From Octopus sinensis (lineage: Eukaryota): a stretch of 64,000 bases of DNA. Under the pieces are notes generated by a model. The model was not told the DNA's origin. It was given only the letters and a program-made list of their open reading frames with translations, and made no database searches. Position numbers and translations under genes: made by a program. The stretch covers positions 6,199,360 to 6,263,359 of the forward strand of contig NC_043019.1 of assembly GCF_006345805.1 (NCBI RefSeq), given 5' to 3'. Below, in pieces: positions 39,505-53,464 of the stretch. Position 1 is the stretch's first letter; every line of letters starts with the position of its first letter.

Positions 39505-39849
39505 CTCTATCGCTCCACCACCACTCATGTCTCTTTGAGACATTTAGAAATTCAATATTTCTAACTGTAATTATTTTTGACTTATAAATGACATACTCTA
39601 AAGCAGAGGTTCTTTACCTTTTTTTTTACCTGTGAACCCCTTTGATTCCTATTTTACTTGTGCTGACTCTCCATTGCCATTCAATATTTTAAAAATCCTA
39701 TTGTAGCTATTGAGTTAAATATTCTTAGGACTTCTATAAAAATTGTTAAAATATTTTGTGCATGTATAACCAACTTCATGCGCATAAACTTCATCAACTA
39801 AATTCTATGGAAAATGAATGCTCACAAATAAAAATAGTCATAAATAAAC

Positions 39850-40225
39850 AAGATAGCCTCTGTACAGCATATAAGCTATTGGGAAAGACTCAAGAGATTA
39901 AAACTCTATTCCTTAGAGCGTAGGCGAGAAAGATATGCCATAATATACATCTGGAAGATCCTAGAAGGACTTGTCCCAAACTTTGGCATCGAGAGTTACA
40001 CAAATGCCAGAACTGGGCGCCACTGCATAGTGCCAAGGACTCCAAATTTGCCATCAAGATGTAGGACAAGATACTGTGATAGCCTGGGCTTCCGAGGCCC
40101 ACAGCTCTTCAATATCCTCCCGAAGAACCTAAGAGACCTGCATTCGTAAAATCATGTAGCAACACCAAATGGCGGTGCCCCAGCATGGCCACAGCTTGTG
40201 AGCTGAAACTAGATAAATAAATAAA
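39850..40225 (+). mobile_element. CR1/L2-type LINE 3' fragment
   Basis: SYWERLKRLKLYSLERRRE.YAIIYIWKILEGLVPNFGI..SLGFRGPQLFNILP; tail ggcggtgccccagcatggccacagc..gctgaaac. Confidence 0.85.
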
Positions 40226-40919
40226 ATTTTTAAAAAGGACATATTAAAGAAGATAGTACTTTAATGTTGCTTTATTTAATGCAAGCCTTACGGTTGATGC
40301 TGCTCTGCTTGTTTTGTAATATTTGGCTCCAACGTCGTCAATGATAATTGAAAATCACATCTTTTTACAATGTCGTTTCGGCTACAAGCTTTTGACTGTA
40401 AGTTAGTGACACAGCTGAAACCGAATTCAACAAGGCAATATGGAGGACAAACAGTAAAGTACAATTGTGTTTTCTCCAAGAGTAGCGGATGCTTTGTAGC
40501 AGTGTCATTAATTTTCCATTCTTGTCTGAAATATTTCATCACTCTGAAATTCAATGAGATTCTCCTGCAGATATCAACAACATTCACTTGAAAAGGAATT
40601 GTCACTCAGCGCTGTATATTTAACTTGAGCAGGTCGCTAAACTTCGCTTGCATATAATCATGCAAGTTTTTCAAATGTTCGGCACAAGGTCATCATCGTA
40701 CACATTACTGCTAACCGATTCCAAACTAGGAAGTTGTAATAACGCACGACGTACAATATTCATTTTCTAGGGCTGTACTTTCCCGAGCAAAGCAGTAATA
40801 GCTCCTTCGGAGGATATGAGATCGGAGTTTTCTCCTTGAAGCTGTTTATTAAATTGATTTTAAATACATCTGATAAATAAAATATATTACATTTAGTTGC
40901 AACCATTTGTTGGCCGAGA

Positions 40920-41388
40920 GTGGAGGCGCGTGGCTTAGTGGTTAGAGTGTCAGCTTCATGATCGTATGATTATGGTTTCGATTCCTTGACCGGGCGACGC
41001 GTTGTGTTCCTGAGCAAAACATTTCATTTGAGTAACGCTGCGATCGGAACACATGCGCCATAGAAAACGGGAAACCGGGCCTATGAGCCTGGCTAGGCTT
41101 TAAAAGAGTGCATTTATTTAGTTTGTAGAGGCGCGTGGCTTAGTGGTTAGGTGTCAGCACCGTGATCGTGAGATTGTGGTTTCGATTCCTTGACCGGGCG
41201 ACGCGTTGTGTTCCTGAGCAAAACATTTCATTTCACGTTGCTCCAGTCCACTCGGCTGGCAAAAATGAGCAACGCTGCGATGGACTGGCGTCCCGTCCAG
41301 CTGGGGAAAACATGCGCCATAGAAACCGGGAAACCGGCCCCATGAGCCTGGCTAGACTTGAAAAGGGTGCATTTATTTTATATTTTAT
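40920..41388 (+). mobile_element. Two tandem tRNA-derived SINEs related to family C
   Basis: gaggcgcgtggcttagtggttag...ggtttcgattcc heads at ~40920 and ~41126; flanking atttgttggccgaga is repeated. Confidence 0.8.
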
Positions 41389-41570
41389 TTGTTGGCCGAG
41401 ATTGCCATTAGTCAGAAATGAGACAGTAGTGTCCCCAAGTACAACAAAACGCTGCAGGCAATTACGTATTGATAACCATCTCACATCTGTGTGAATTACA
41501 AGGTGTTCAAACTCTCCTTCATTTCGATTACAGAATTCATGAAAGACGCAGTCTTGTAATGAATTTTATA

Positions 41571-41965
41571 GGCGCAGGAGTGGCTGTGTGGTAAGTAGCT
41601 TACTTACCAACCACATGGTTCCGGGTTCAGTCCCACTCAGTGGCACCTTGGGCAAGTGTCTTCTACCAAAGCCTTGTGAGTGGATTTGGTAGACAGAAGC
41701 TGAAAGAAGCCCGTCGTATGTGTGTGTGCGTGCGTGTGTCTGTGTATGTGTGTGTGTATGTCTGTGTTTGTCCCCCCAACATCGCTTGACAACCGATGGT
41801 GGGGTGATTACGTCCCCGTCACTTAGCGGTTCGGCAAGCGTGGTCGATAGAATAAGTTACTAGGCTTACAAAGAATAAGTCTTGGGCTCGATTTGCTAAA
41901 CTAAAGGCGGTGCTCCAGCATGGCCGCATTCAAATGACTGAAACAAATAAAAGAATAAAAGAATA
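41571..41965 (+). mobile_element. SINE family B
   Basis: Head, CORE-like block and tail present. Confidence 0.9.
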
Positions 41966-42539
41966 GTTTATAACTTTTATTATAATATTAAGGGCAGACG
42001 TCCATTTCATTGTTTTGCAACTAAGTGTTACCAGTGCATCACACAGCGTATGCAAAATATTTCAAGTACAGATTTCTAAAAAAATCTTTGTATTTGCCAA
42101 TTATGGTTGGAGCACCGACCTTACTTAGCGCAAGTTATTATATTTTTGAGGGGAATTATTTTCCTCGAAATAAGTTACAACGTCTTTGAAAATTGTTTTG
42201 CCTTTAGCATCCAAAAATCAAACATACGCTTTAATATCTCGGGTTGAAGAGGAAAATTCTTTACTTGTAATTTGGCTATTAATTGCTTCTCCACACCTTA
42301 GCCATTTCATTAACGCACCTTAACACTGATGAGTTAAATAAAGGAATCTTACAAGTAGTTTCATTAGCAATTTGCTTCATAAGTGATGAAATTATGTCAG
42401 ATACCGCTGGTAATATTACAGTTACACCAATACTATGGGGTTTCCCAGCCTTTGCTATTCTGTTATTCTGTTATATGTTTCAGTCCAATGACTGTGGCCA
42501 TGCTGGAGCACCGCCATTGTAATCATCTTTCCGCATCCC

Positions 42540-43189
42540 ATATATATAAAGGGTTTAGTAAAGAAAGAAATTACTCTTTCCAGCAATGTCTTACAGTCAA
42601 GATTCCTCCGGTTTATCCATATATCTCTGAATTTACCAGAATTCAGTTCTCTAGTGTAGGTACTAGTGTTTAATACACTAGTACTGTACACATTTTGGAT
42701 TTCTAGTAGTCTGTATAGATGTTTCCATCTGATTCGACATATGGGGACACAAATTTAGTAATATAAGAAAATGGAGCGTATGAATACAGCCAAATCAATT
42801 TATTTGCATAGCTATCGATTACGTAAGACCTACGATCGATATAGTCTCTGCCTTGGTGCTTTACTATTAACAATTGCATTATGAATTCAGAAGACAGAAA
42901 TCTCTTCAGGGTCAATATCAACATATTAACATATTACTTTTACATCCTATTACATCCTAATAGATTGAGAGTTCGTTACAGAGCCTGTAATGAACTCTCA
43001 GTCTACTTGGATGTAAAAGTAATTTGTCGGTTTTGACCCTGAAGAGATTTGTCTTCTGAATTCATAATGAAATTGTTAATTGTAAAACGAATGAAGGCGG
43101 ATATTGAAACGATCGTAGGTCTTACTTAATCGACAAATATGTAAATAAATTGCTTTGGCTGTATTCAAACTCTCCATCTTCTTACATTA
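42540..43189. mobile_element. Head-to-head inverted PLE-end duplication with a hammerhead
   Basis: Arms ~42759-42980 and ~42986-43189 around gagcc; intact HHR in the right arm, decayed mirror copy at 42827-42913. Confidence 0.8.
43035..43121 (+). ncRNA. Type I hammerhead with elongated stem II
   Basis: GACC-CUGAAGA-G-AUUUGUCUUC...GAAGGCGGAU-AUU-GAAAC-GAUC-GUA-GGUC; palindromic ACGAUCGU. Confidence 0.8.
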
Positions 43190-43603
43190 TATGTGTGTGT
43201 GTTTACAACAGGCTTCTTTCAGTTTCCATCTATCGAATCCACTCACAAGGCTTTGGACGGCCCGAGGCTGCAGTCGAAGACACTTGCCGAGGGAGAGTGT
43301 CACGCAGTGGGACTGAACTATAAGAAATTATAAGAATTATAAGAAATTATCAGTAGTTAGCGTGAAAAACCTCGTAAGAGAAATTTATCCTTAATTTTAT
43401 CCTTAATTTTAAATTTATATTTTTCACCGGAATAGTTCAATACTGAATTTTTGTTCCGAGTAGGCAAGTTGTTACCGAAATGCATTGCGAATAAGCCCGC
43501 CATTTTCATAGATATGTAAAGATAAACATTCGTACATGCTGCGGCGAATTCTACGGTTGGCTGTCGGGTTTGTAATGTGTTTTTTCTTATATCTCTTGAG
43601 TTC

Positions 43604-43667
43604 GTTGCACTGAAGAGCATAGAATACATATTCTGCATTGATTGCGAAATCACAAGTGATATGTAAC
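43604..43667 (+). ncRNA. Type I hammerhead, unit 1
   Basis: GUUGCA-CUGAAGA-GCA..AGAAU..AUUCU..UGC-GAAA-UCAC aa GUGA-UA-UGUAAC. Confidence 0.75.
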
Positions 43668-44097
43668 TAAATTCTGTTTTTAAATGACTTGCTTTGAAGT
43701 TTTGCATTCGGTACACTTTGTTTATTTTTAGTAGTTTTGACTGCAAAAGTCCCTCCTAGCGTGCGGTACCTATGAATAATAGTACCCTCTATATAATATA
43801 AATAAATATTTTCAAAGTGGAAAAATTTACAGATTTTTTCTCTTACGGGGTTTTTCACGCTAACTACTGATACTTTCTTATAAAGATTTATCCTTAATTT
43901 TAAATTTGTATTTTTCACCGGAATAGTTCAATACTGAATTTTTGTTCCGAGTAGGCAAGTTGTTACCGGAATGCATTGCGAATAAGCCCGCCATTTTCAT
44001 AGATATGTAAAGATAAACATTCGTACATGCTGCGGCGAATTCTACGGTTGGCTGTCGGGTTTGTAATGTTGTGTTTTTTCTTATATCTCTTGAGTTC

Positions 44098-44161
44098 GTT
44101 GCACTGAAGAGCATAGAATGCATATTCTGCATTGATTGCGAAATCACAGGTGATATGTAAC
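44098..44161 (+). ncRNA. Type I hammerhead, unit 2
   Basis: Same as unit 1, with stem III UCAC ag GUGA. Confidence 0.75.
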
Positions 44162-44283
44162 TAAATTCTGTTTTTAAATGACTTGCTTTGAAGTTTTGCA
44201 TTCGGTACACTTTGTTTATTTTTAGTAGTTTTGACTGCAAAAGTCCCTCCTAGCGTACGGTACCTATGAATAATAGTACCCTC

Positions 44284-44346
<63 letters not shown>

Positions 44347-44364
44347 TAATATAATAATGATAAA

Positions 44365-44430
<66 letters not shown>

Positions 44431-44641
44431 TATAATTATAATAATAATAATAATAGAGAATATTATTCCAAACTTACAGGAAAAAAAGTCAATTTAAATT
44501 ATACTATTTATTCATTATTTTATACTTTACTTAATTATTGGTATATGTTTTTATCGTATATTTAATATTTTTCTATATGGTATAATTTAATTATATTATT
44601 GTTATTTCATTGCTGAATTGATAAAAGGTGGTTCTTCTCTA

Positions 44642-44703
<62 letters not shown>

Positions 44704-44705
<2 letters not shown>

Positions 44706-44858
44706 GACAGGCTTCTTTCAGTTTCCATCAACCAAATCCACTCACAAGGCTTTGGCCGGCCCGAGGCTATAGTAGAAGATACATGCGCAACGTATCGCGC
44801 AATGGGACTGAACCCGGAACCGTGTATCGCAGTATTTTGTGTTCTAACACAACAGCCA
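44704..44858 (-). mobile_element. SINE family B 5' fragment (another at 43206-43318)
   Basis: ggcttctttcagtttcc...ggactgaacccggaac. Confidence 0.75.
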
Positions 44859-45388
44859 CTTTTAAGTGGGAGATAAATATTACCTTTTGCTTAGAATACT
44901 GTTTCTGTGGCTAGTATTCTAACACCCAACGCTTTAAGAGCATCATTTCCAACACATCAAATCTCAGCTGACCGACGAACAACCAGTGAACATACGTTGA
45001 GTATGTGTGTTCGATATTGTTTACAACACACGCGCTGCTTCTCGATCGTATTTGAATTTATTCCTACGTATGTATCGTTCGTGCTCGGGCATGCCAGAAG
45101 ATGGTTCTTACACCATTTTGTTTATAGTCATCGACAGGCTATTTAATTTGCATCAGGTTCAGTTCCGGAACGTGATGCCACAAAGATGACAAAACATCGA
45201 TGTCCGTCGCTTCTCAACGGAACTTGGCTCGAGTTGTCTCGCCTTTCCATGACTGACTTTCATGTGTTTTGATACCCGGCGCTTTGTGCGAGTTATCTCC
45301 AACACCTCGACTCGCAGCCAATCGACGAACAAGGTAAACAATATTGTTTACAAAACTCAATTTGCTTATAATTCATATTTAAATATAG

Positions 45389-45389
<1 letters not shown>

Positions 45390-45448
<59 letters not shown>

Positions 45449-45585
45449 ATATGCATATATACACATATATGAAGTTGGCGATTTCTTTAGGAACAGAACC
45501 ACAAAGTAACGCACTCTCTAGATCAAGTAGTTGCTATATTAATTTATCAAATAAGTAGCACTCTTGCATTCCTAGAGATTTATTA

Positions 45586-45653
<68 letters not shown>

Positions 45654-46099
45654 TGTGTGCGTGTGTGTGTGTGTGTTTCAAATTGTTTGTACATTCAACT
45701 TTTCAATTAGTTGGACAAGAAAAGATGTAACAAAATAAGAAAAAAAAAACTCTGAGGGTAAATAAAATTATAAAAATGACAAAATTCACAGACATTAAAA
45801 CAATTTAAAAAATCAAAGAGAAGCTGTAACAAGGATGACATGAGAGTAAAGACAATAATGGATAACCGAAGGGACAAAGCACTGCAGACATTATATATAC
45901 ATATATATATGTGTGTGTATATGTGTGTGTGTGTGTGCGTGTATGTGTGCGTGTGTGTGTGCGAGTGTGTATTTATACGTTTCTGTATATGTGTATGTAT
46001 AAGTATTTATATATATACAAACATACATGCAGACGTACATATATATATATATATATATATATACACTCATATATACATACATATATTTAAATACATACA

Positions 46100-46132
<33 letters not shown>

Positions 46133-46217
46133 ATATATATATATATATACATACATACATATATATATGATATTTAATTATGCATGTGTGTATGTATATA
46201 TATATATATATATATCT

Positions 46218-46248
<31 letters not shown>

Positions 46249-46255
46249 GATAGAG

Positions 46256-46308
<53 letters not shown>

Positions 46309-46620
46309 TGATATATAATTATGCATGTGTCTATGTATATATATATATATATATATAATATATATATATATATTATATATAAACATCAAACATAATAATC
46401 TCCAATACAAAAATGTCTCATGCGACATATTTCTTTAGACGCATGTATATACGTGTTGTATATGTGTGAGTATGTGTGTATGTGTGTGTACGTACGTATG
46501 TATATTTATGTGTGTGTGTATGTTTGTATGTATGAATATGTGTATGTATGCACATATGTCTGTATATGCATGTAAATGTATGTGTATATATTTGTGTGTG
46601 TGTGCGCGCGTGTGTATGAG
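45390..46620. repeat. Mixed GT/TA/GA/GATA/TATG microsatellite region
   Basis: Direct reading. Confidence 0.9.
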
Positions 46621-46884
46621 AATGATTAAACTGAGCTAAGAGTTTCTAGGATTTATTAACAAAAAAAACGAGAAAGACGAAGAAGATAAAATAAATATTA
46701 TAGAAAAGAAAATATTTATTATTAAAGTCTCTGTGAGGTAAAGATTTAATAAACAGATAAAGACAATCTAATTAGAGAGAATAGCGATGTTATTGCAAAA
46801 GCATTTACTAACTAGAATTACATAACGAGATAACTTATGCTCATGAATAGAAAATTTGCTTTGGTGGGTCTATTTTTCTCCAGC

Positions 46885-47270
46885 TTGTGGAGGCGCAATG
46901 GCCCAGTGGTTAGAGCAGCGGACTCGCGGTCGTAGGATCGCGGTTTCGATTCCCAGACCGGGCGTTGTGAGTGTTTATTGAGCGAAAACACCTAAAGCTC
47001 CACGAGGCTCCGTTAGGGGATGGTGGTGATCCCTGCTGTACTCTTTCACCACAACTTTCTCTTACTTCCTGTTTCTGTTGTACCTGTATTTCAAGGGGCC
47101 GGCCTTGTCACTCTCTGTGTCACGCTGAATATCCCCGAGAACTACGTTAAGGGTACACGTGTCTGTGGAGTGCTCAGCCACTTACACGTTAATTTCACGA
47201 GCAGGCTGTTCCGTTGATCGGATCAACCGGAACCCTCGTCATCGTAACCGACGGAGTGCTTCCTCCCTCC
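46885..47270 (+). mobile_element. SINE family C, full length with TSD
   Basis: 11-bp TSD ttttctccagc at 46874-46884 and 47271-47281. Confidence 0.92.
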
Positions 47271-47499
47271 TTTTCTCCAGCATTATAACAATCTCTCTCC
47301 TTCACTTTCTCCTTCTTATTCTCTACCTTTAATTTTGTCTGTCTCTCCCTCTCCCGTGGTTTTCTTGCGCCCTCGCATTTCTCTTCTCACTTTTTTCCTT
47401 CTTCCTCTCTCTCCGGTAAAACATTTATGTCGTCTGCGGCAGCGTGAACATCTAAAACTATGGTGAATGCATGACACATGCTGGCAGGTCATATACTTT

Positions 47500-47530
<31 letters not shown>

Positions 47531-48334
47531 CACCTTGATCCGTCAGGCATCCATTTGACACCGCTGGTCACAGAACGCTGTCCACTCCTCTCTGGATCGC
47601 GCCTTTCTCATCCACGTGATCCCAATCGTCCTCCTGAAATCGTAACTCCACCGTCCGATTATTAAGAATATATATATTTATTAAGAATTATATATATATA
47701 ATACAAAGTAACATAGGGTTTATGGGTGTAACCCACTATGGGATAGCATTTATCCAATATACTGTTGGTATACCCAGATTCTTAGTACATAAATGTTTTT
47801 AATTGCAATGTAATTAACTTATTTATTGTATTAAACGGGTGAAGGTAAAGAAATATTTTTACCGTAAATTTATAATACAAATAAGAAAATGGAGAAAAAA
47901 ATTTAGTTTGTTCATCAACTTTCGGATATTATAATGTTAGATTATTTATTCAAAATGAGAACATCAATAGCATACATATGTATCTTATAATTCAATACAT
48001 ATAAGATAAGAATACAAATTTTAAAAGTCATAATATAAATTATTGAAATCATTAAAATCACTTATTACAGCTGTTTTAGCCTACGGCTACAAGTAGATAA
48101 TTTAATTTATATTGCCTATATTTATATTTCGCATAGATACTGAATTCTACTTAATAAGCATATAATTCAATCTAGCAGCCAAAGTAAATGGTATGCGCAC
48201 AGCTCCATCTGGACTATTTCACTTCTGCACTTTAATTTAATTATTTTGGGGAGTACGTAATGTCTGGTCTTTTGCATATAGCCGGTATGTAATTGTACAT
48301 TTGTTTCCGTGTACTATGTGATGTGTGTAAAAAA

Positions 48335-48416
48335 CATCCTGACGACGGGAGTGTCAATTTTAAAAATATGATATGTTTCATATTAATTGGCGCGTCTCCG
48401 AAACGGCCCGTAGATG
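48335..48416 (+). ncRNA. Type I hammerhead with elongated stem II
   Basis: CAUC-CUGACGA-C-GGGAGUGUCAAUU..AAUAUGA/UCAUAUU..AAUUGGCGCGUCUCC-GAAAC-GGCCC-GUA-GAUG. Confidence 0.8.
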
Positions 48417-49136
48417 AACTTTTATGTATTTTTGTAAATTTGTATATTTATCTTCTATGTATTTTTCTCTGCAATTTTAATTCGTCATTTTAATATGTCA
48501 TTGTATGTTTTATTACCCAAATTTTTAATTTAACAAATTTATACCAAATGTTTTATGATTTTAAGCGTACATTAAATGTGTTATATATGCAACATTGACT
48601 CTCTTATATATTTATATATTTTTATATGATGTTTATATATTTATATATTACTATATATTTTTAAACGTCGGGCTTTTATATCAGTTCTGTAGATATAAAT
48701 GAATATATGAATATATGTATGTGTTTGATCTTTCTGTGGATTTTGTAGTGTTCTTGTAGTTGCTGCTCGCATTGCCTCCCCTCGGATTAAAAAATGTATA
48801 CAGCTCATTTGAGCACTACTATTCCAGTCTGTTATATATTTTGAGCGCTGTTGTCACTGGCGATCTCAAGATCGTTTCTCTCCTTTTTACGCATTCTCGA
48901 CGTTGGTAGACATACAGCGGTACGAAAAACCGAATCAGAAAATCTCTAGTAAGACTTTTTGCTATTGATGTACCCGAAGGGACCCAGAACGGGTCATTCC
49001 ATCTATTTTATTAATACTGTTACCCCAACCGCCACTACGAAGTTCTTGCAATAAATCTTCGGATAACAACAGGTAATCGATACTGTGCCGGTCCTTTACT
49101 CATCATCTATTTACACATTTTGTACAATTTCTCCAT

Positions 49137-50297
<1,161 letters not shown>

Positions 50298-50330
50298 ATA
50301 TATATATATATAATATATATATATATATAT

Positions 50331-50863
50331 AATCAAATTAAGCAACAGGATATCCAGAGATGATGCAGTACGACCCGTTCAAGCGGCTCCCTTTAATTGA
50401 ACAATGCAATCGTTACATCAATTATTTAAATGCAGAGCTTTCCTCAGCTGCATAAATAAGTAAATAGAATTAATTTAATCAGTCGAGCACATTTGTATAA
50501 TTTTACTTAAATCCTCTAAAGTCTATGCTGTTTTCACTTCAGCTTAGACGCTACTAAGACATCAAGAAAAAAGACCCAAAAATCAGTGAGAAGCTAGAAC
50601 CCTAACAAGTTTCTTCTTTCTTGATGTCTTTGTAGCTTCTAAGCTGAAGTGAAAACAGCATGGACTTTGTCTTCTTAAAGGATTTAAGGAAAATTATACT
50701 AATGTGTCCGACTGATTAAATTAATTCTATTTATTTATTTATGCAGCCGAGAATAGCTCTGCATTTAAATAATTGATGTAATGATTGCATTGTTCAATTA
50801 AATAGAGCCGCTTCAAACGGTCCTACTGCATCACCTCTGGATATCCTGTTGCTTATTTTGATT
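50331..50863. mobile_element. ~530-bp imperfect palindrome, head-to-head PLE-end duplication with two decayed hammerheads
   Basis: Arms ~50331-50570 and ~50615-50863; HHR relics at 50363-50453 (-) and 50741-50831 (+). Confidence 0.75.
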
Positions 50864-50963
50864 TAATCACCTTATTTGAAATTGTACAGAAAATACCGCA
50901 CTAATTTTTGATGCCTCAACTTAAATACCTAATTCATATGAATCTCAATTATTTTGTATAAAT

Positions 50964-51028
<65 letters not shown>

Positions 51029-51073
51029 CAGATAGAGAGATAGATAGATCGAGAGATAGATAGATAGATAGAC

Positions 51074-51144
<71 letters not shown>

Positions 51145-51163
51145 CAGATAGATAGACAGACAT

Positions 51164-51251
<88 letters not shown>

Positions 51252-52280
51252 ACTTCTTTTATTAGCCACACAGGGCTGAATACAGAAGGGACAAATACAA
51301 ATGCAGAGCTTTTCTTTTCGAGGGTGGAAAAAAAAGAAAATAAATGTAAGATTGCGATCAAAAGGGATCGAGAGGAGGAAAAAAAGGAAATCGTGTATCA
51401 CAGAAATAATGATAAAAATATTGATATAACAAGATTGGGTTCATCTGTGGGAAGAAAGCCTACAGAAAAGACCACGGGAACCTCAGTCAGGGAGGAAATA
51501 ACCACATGAGATCAAAATGCTCTCTTTCTTTCTTTTTTACGATCTACAGGATCATGCTCAAAATGGTTTCGTTACTAGCACGCACCATCTTAGCAACATT
51601 CACCCATCTTTTTTTGAATCTTTCGCGAGACAAAACTTCCCTCTCCATTCTCACCTTCCTTTTCAAGTGGTACTTGAAAAAGTTGATGAGCGATTGGCCA
51701 GAGAGGTAAGTGTTTGTCTCTAATCCTTTCGCTCGAGTCCACCACACACATTCTTTCACCATGGCCACCAAATAAATAAGTAAATAGAATTAATTTAATC
51801 AGTCGAGCACATTTGTATAATTTTACTTAAATCCTCTAAAGTCTATGCTGTTTTCACTTCAGCTTAGACGCTACTAAGACATCAAGAAAAAAGACCCAAA
51901 AATCAGTGAGAAGCTAGAACCCTAACAAGTTTCTTCTTTCTTGATGTCTTTGTAGCTTCTAAGCTGAAGTGAAAACAGCATGGACTTTGTCTTCTTAAAG
52001 GATTTAAGGAAAATTATACTAATGTGTCCGACTGATTAAATTAATTCTATTTATTTATTTATGCAGCCGAGAATAGCTCTGCATTTAAATGATTGAGTAA
52101 TGATTGCATTGTTCAATTAAATAGAGCCGCTTCAAACGGTCCTACTGCATCACCTCTGGATATCCTGTTGCTTATTTTGATTTAATCACCTTATTTGAAT
52201 TGTACAGAAAATACCGCACTAATTTTTGATGCCTCAACTTAATACCTAATTCATATGAATCTCAATTATTTTGTATAAAT

Positions 52281-52337
<57 letters not shown>

Positions 52338-52382
52338 CAGATAGAGAGATAGATAGATCGAGAGATAGATAGATAGATAGAC

Positions 52383-52433
<51 letters not shown>

Positions 52434-52441
52434 AGATAGAT

Positions 52442-52482
<41 letters not shown>

Positions 52483-52501
52483 CAGATAGATAGACAGACA
52501 T

Positions 52502-52554
<53 letters not shown>

Positions 52555-53150
52555 CAGATAGAGAGATAGATAGATCGAGAGATAGATAGATAGATAGACA
52601 GATAGATAGATAGATAGATAGATAGAGATAGATAAACTTCTTTTATTAGCCACACAGGGTGAATACAGAAGGGACAAATACAAATGCAGAGCTTTTCTTT
52701 TCGAGGGTGGAAAAAAAAGAAATAAATGTAAGATTGCGATCAAAGGGATCGAGAGGAGGAAAAAAAGGAATCGTGTATCACAGAAATAATGATAAAATAT
52801 GATATAACAAGATTGGGTTCATCTGTGGGAAGAAGAAGCCTACAGAAAAGACCACGGGAACCTCAGTCAGGGAGGAAATAACCACATGAGATCAAAATGC
52901 TCTTTTCTTTCTTTTTTACGATCTACAGGATCATGCTCAAAATGGTTTCGTTACTAGCACGCACCATCTTAGCAACATTCACCCATCTTTTTTTGAATCT
53001 TTCGCGAGACAAAACTTCCCTCTCCATTCTCACCTTCCTTTTCAAGTGGTACTTGAAAAAGTTGATGAGCGATTAGCCAGAGAGGTAAGTGTTTGTCTCT
53101 AATCCTTTCGCTCGAGTCCACCACACACATTCTTTCACCATGGCCACCAA
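50452..53150. repeat. Near-identical 1.3-1.4 kb tandem duplication
   Basis: 50452-51771 is repeated at 51772-53150; differences are mainly 1-bp indels and (GATA)n length. Confidence 0.9.
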
Positions 53151-53330
53151 AACGATGAAAACTGCCTTGCCTTCCCGGTTGAGGGAAGGGGGCGGAGCAA
53201 TTCTCACGATAGACTCGGCCGACAAGCGGATTCGTCTCACACGTGACAGCAGCCGTTCGGCATAAGCCCACAGGTCTGAAATGGTTGGACATTGCACGAG
53301 TGCGTGCAGAAAGGTTTCGTCGCTCTGACC
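52635..53330 (-). mobile_element. L1/Tx1-like LINE 3' fragment (shorter duplicate at 51250-51770)
   Basis: SDETFLHALVQCP..LWAYAERLLSRV..; homologous to 14190-14850; ends in (TATC)n. Confidence 0.8.
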
Positions 53331-53464
53331 TGCTCTTTCTGTTAGCTACTTATGACGTTATATCATATAACGTTTTTTAAACAATGTTAATATCGTTCTG
53401 TCTATCGCTATACAAATCCATCATTATTTGCTAAAATGTCGTATTGACGAGTTTCGTTTTTTTC

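Larger units (their letters stand above)
39604..42450 (-). mobile_element. Decayed hAT (Charlie/Buster-like) transposon with nested LINE and SINEs
   Basis: AGKPHSIGVTVILPAVSDII, IPL.NSSV.R..NEMA, HTDVRWLS, and C-terminal LVEFGFSCV..RNDIVKRCDFQLSLTTLEPNI; CAG-type terminus at 39604. Confidence 0.8.
43337..44288 (+). mobile_element. Tandem ~494-bp hammerhead-bearing units, preceded by an inverted copy of the unit 3' end
   Basis: 43385-43790 is repeated at 43886-44288; 47-bp IR 43337-43383 / 43837-43883 (2 mismatches). Confidence 0.85.

Noticed and set aside
40288-40605. Possible host exon (105-aa ORF)
   Set aside because: Matches the hAT transposase C-terminal dimerisation region and is collinear with other broken hAT fragments
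48970-49000. Hammerhead-like hairpin cccgaagg-gaccc agaac gggtc
   Set aside because: No GAAA or NUH and no stem I after the hairpin
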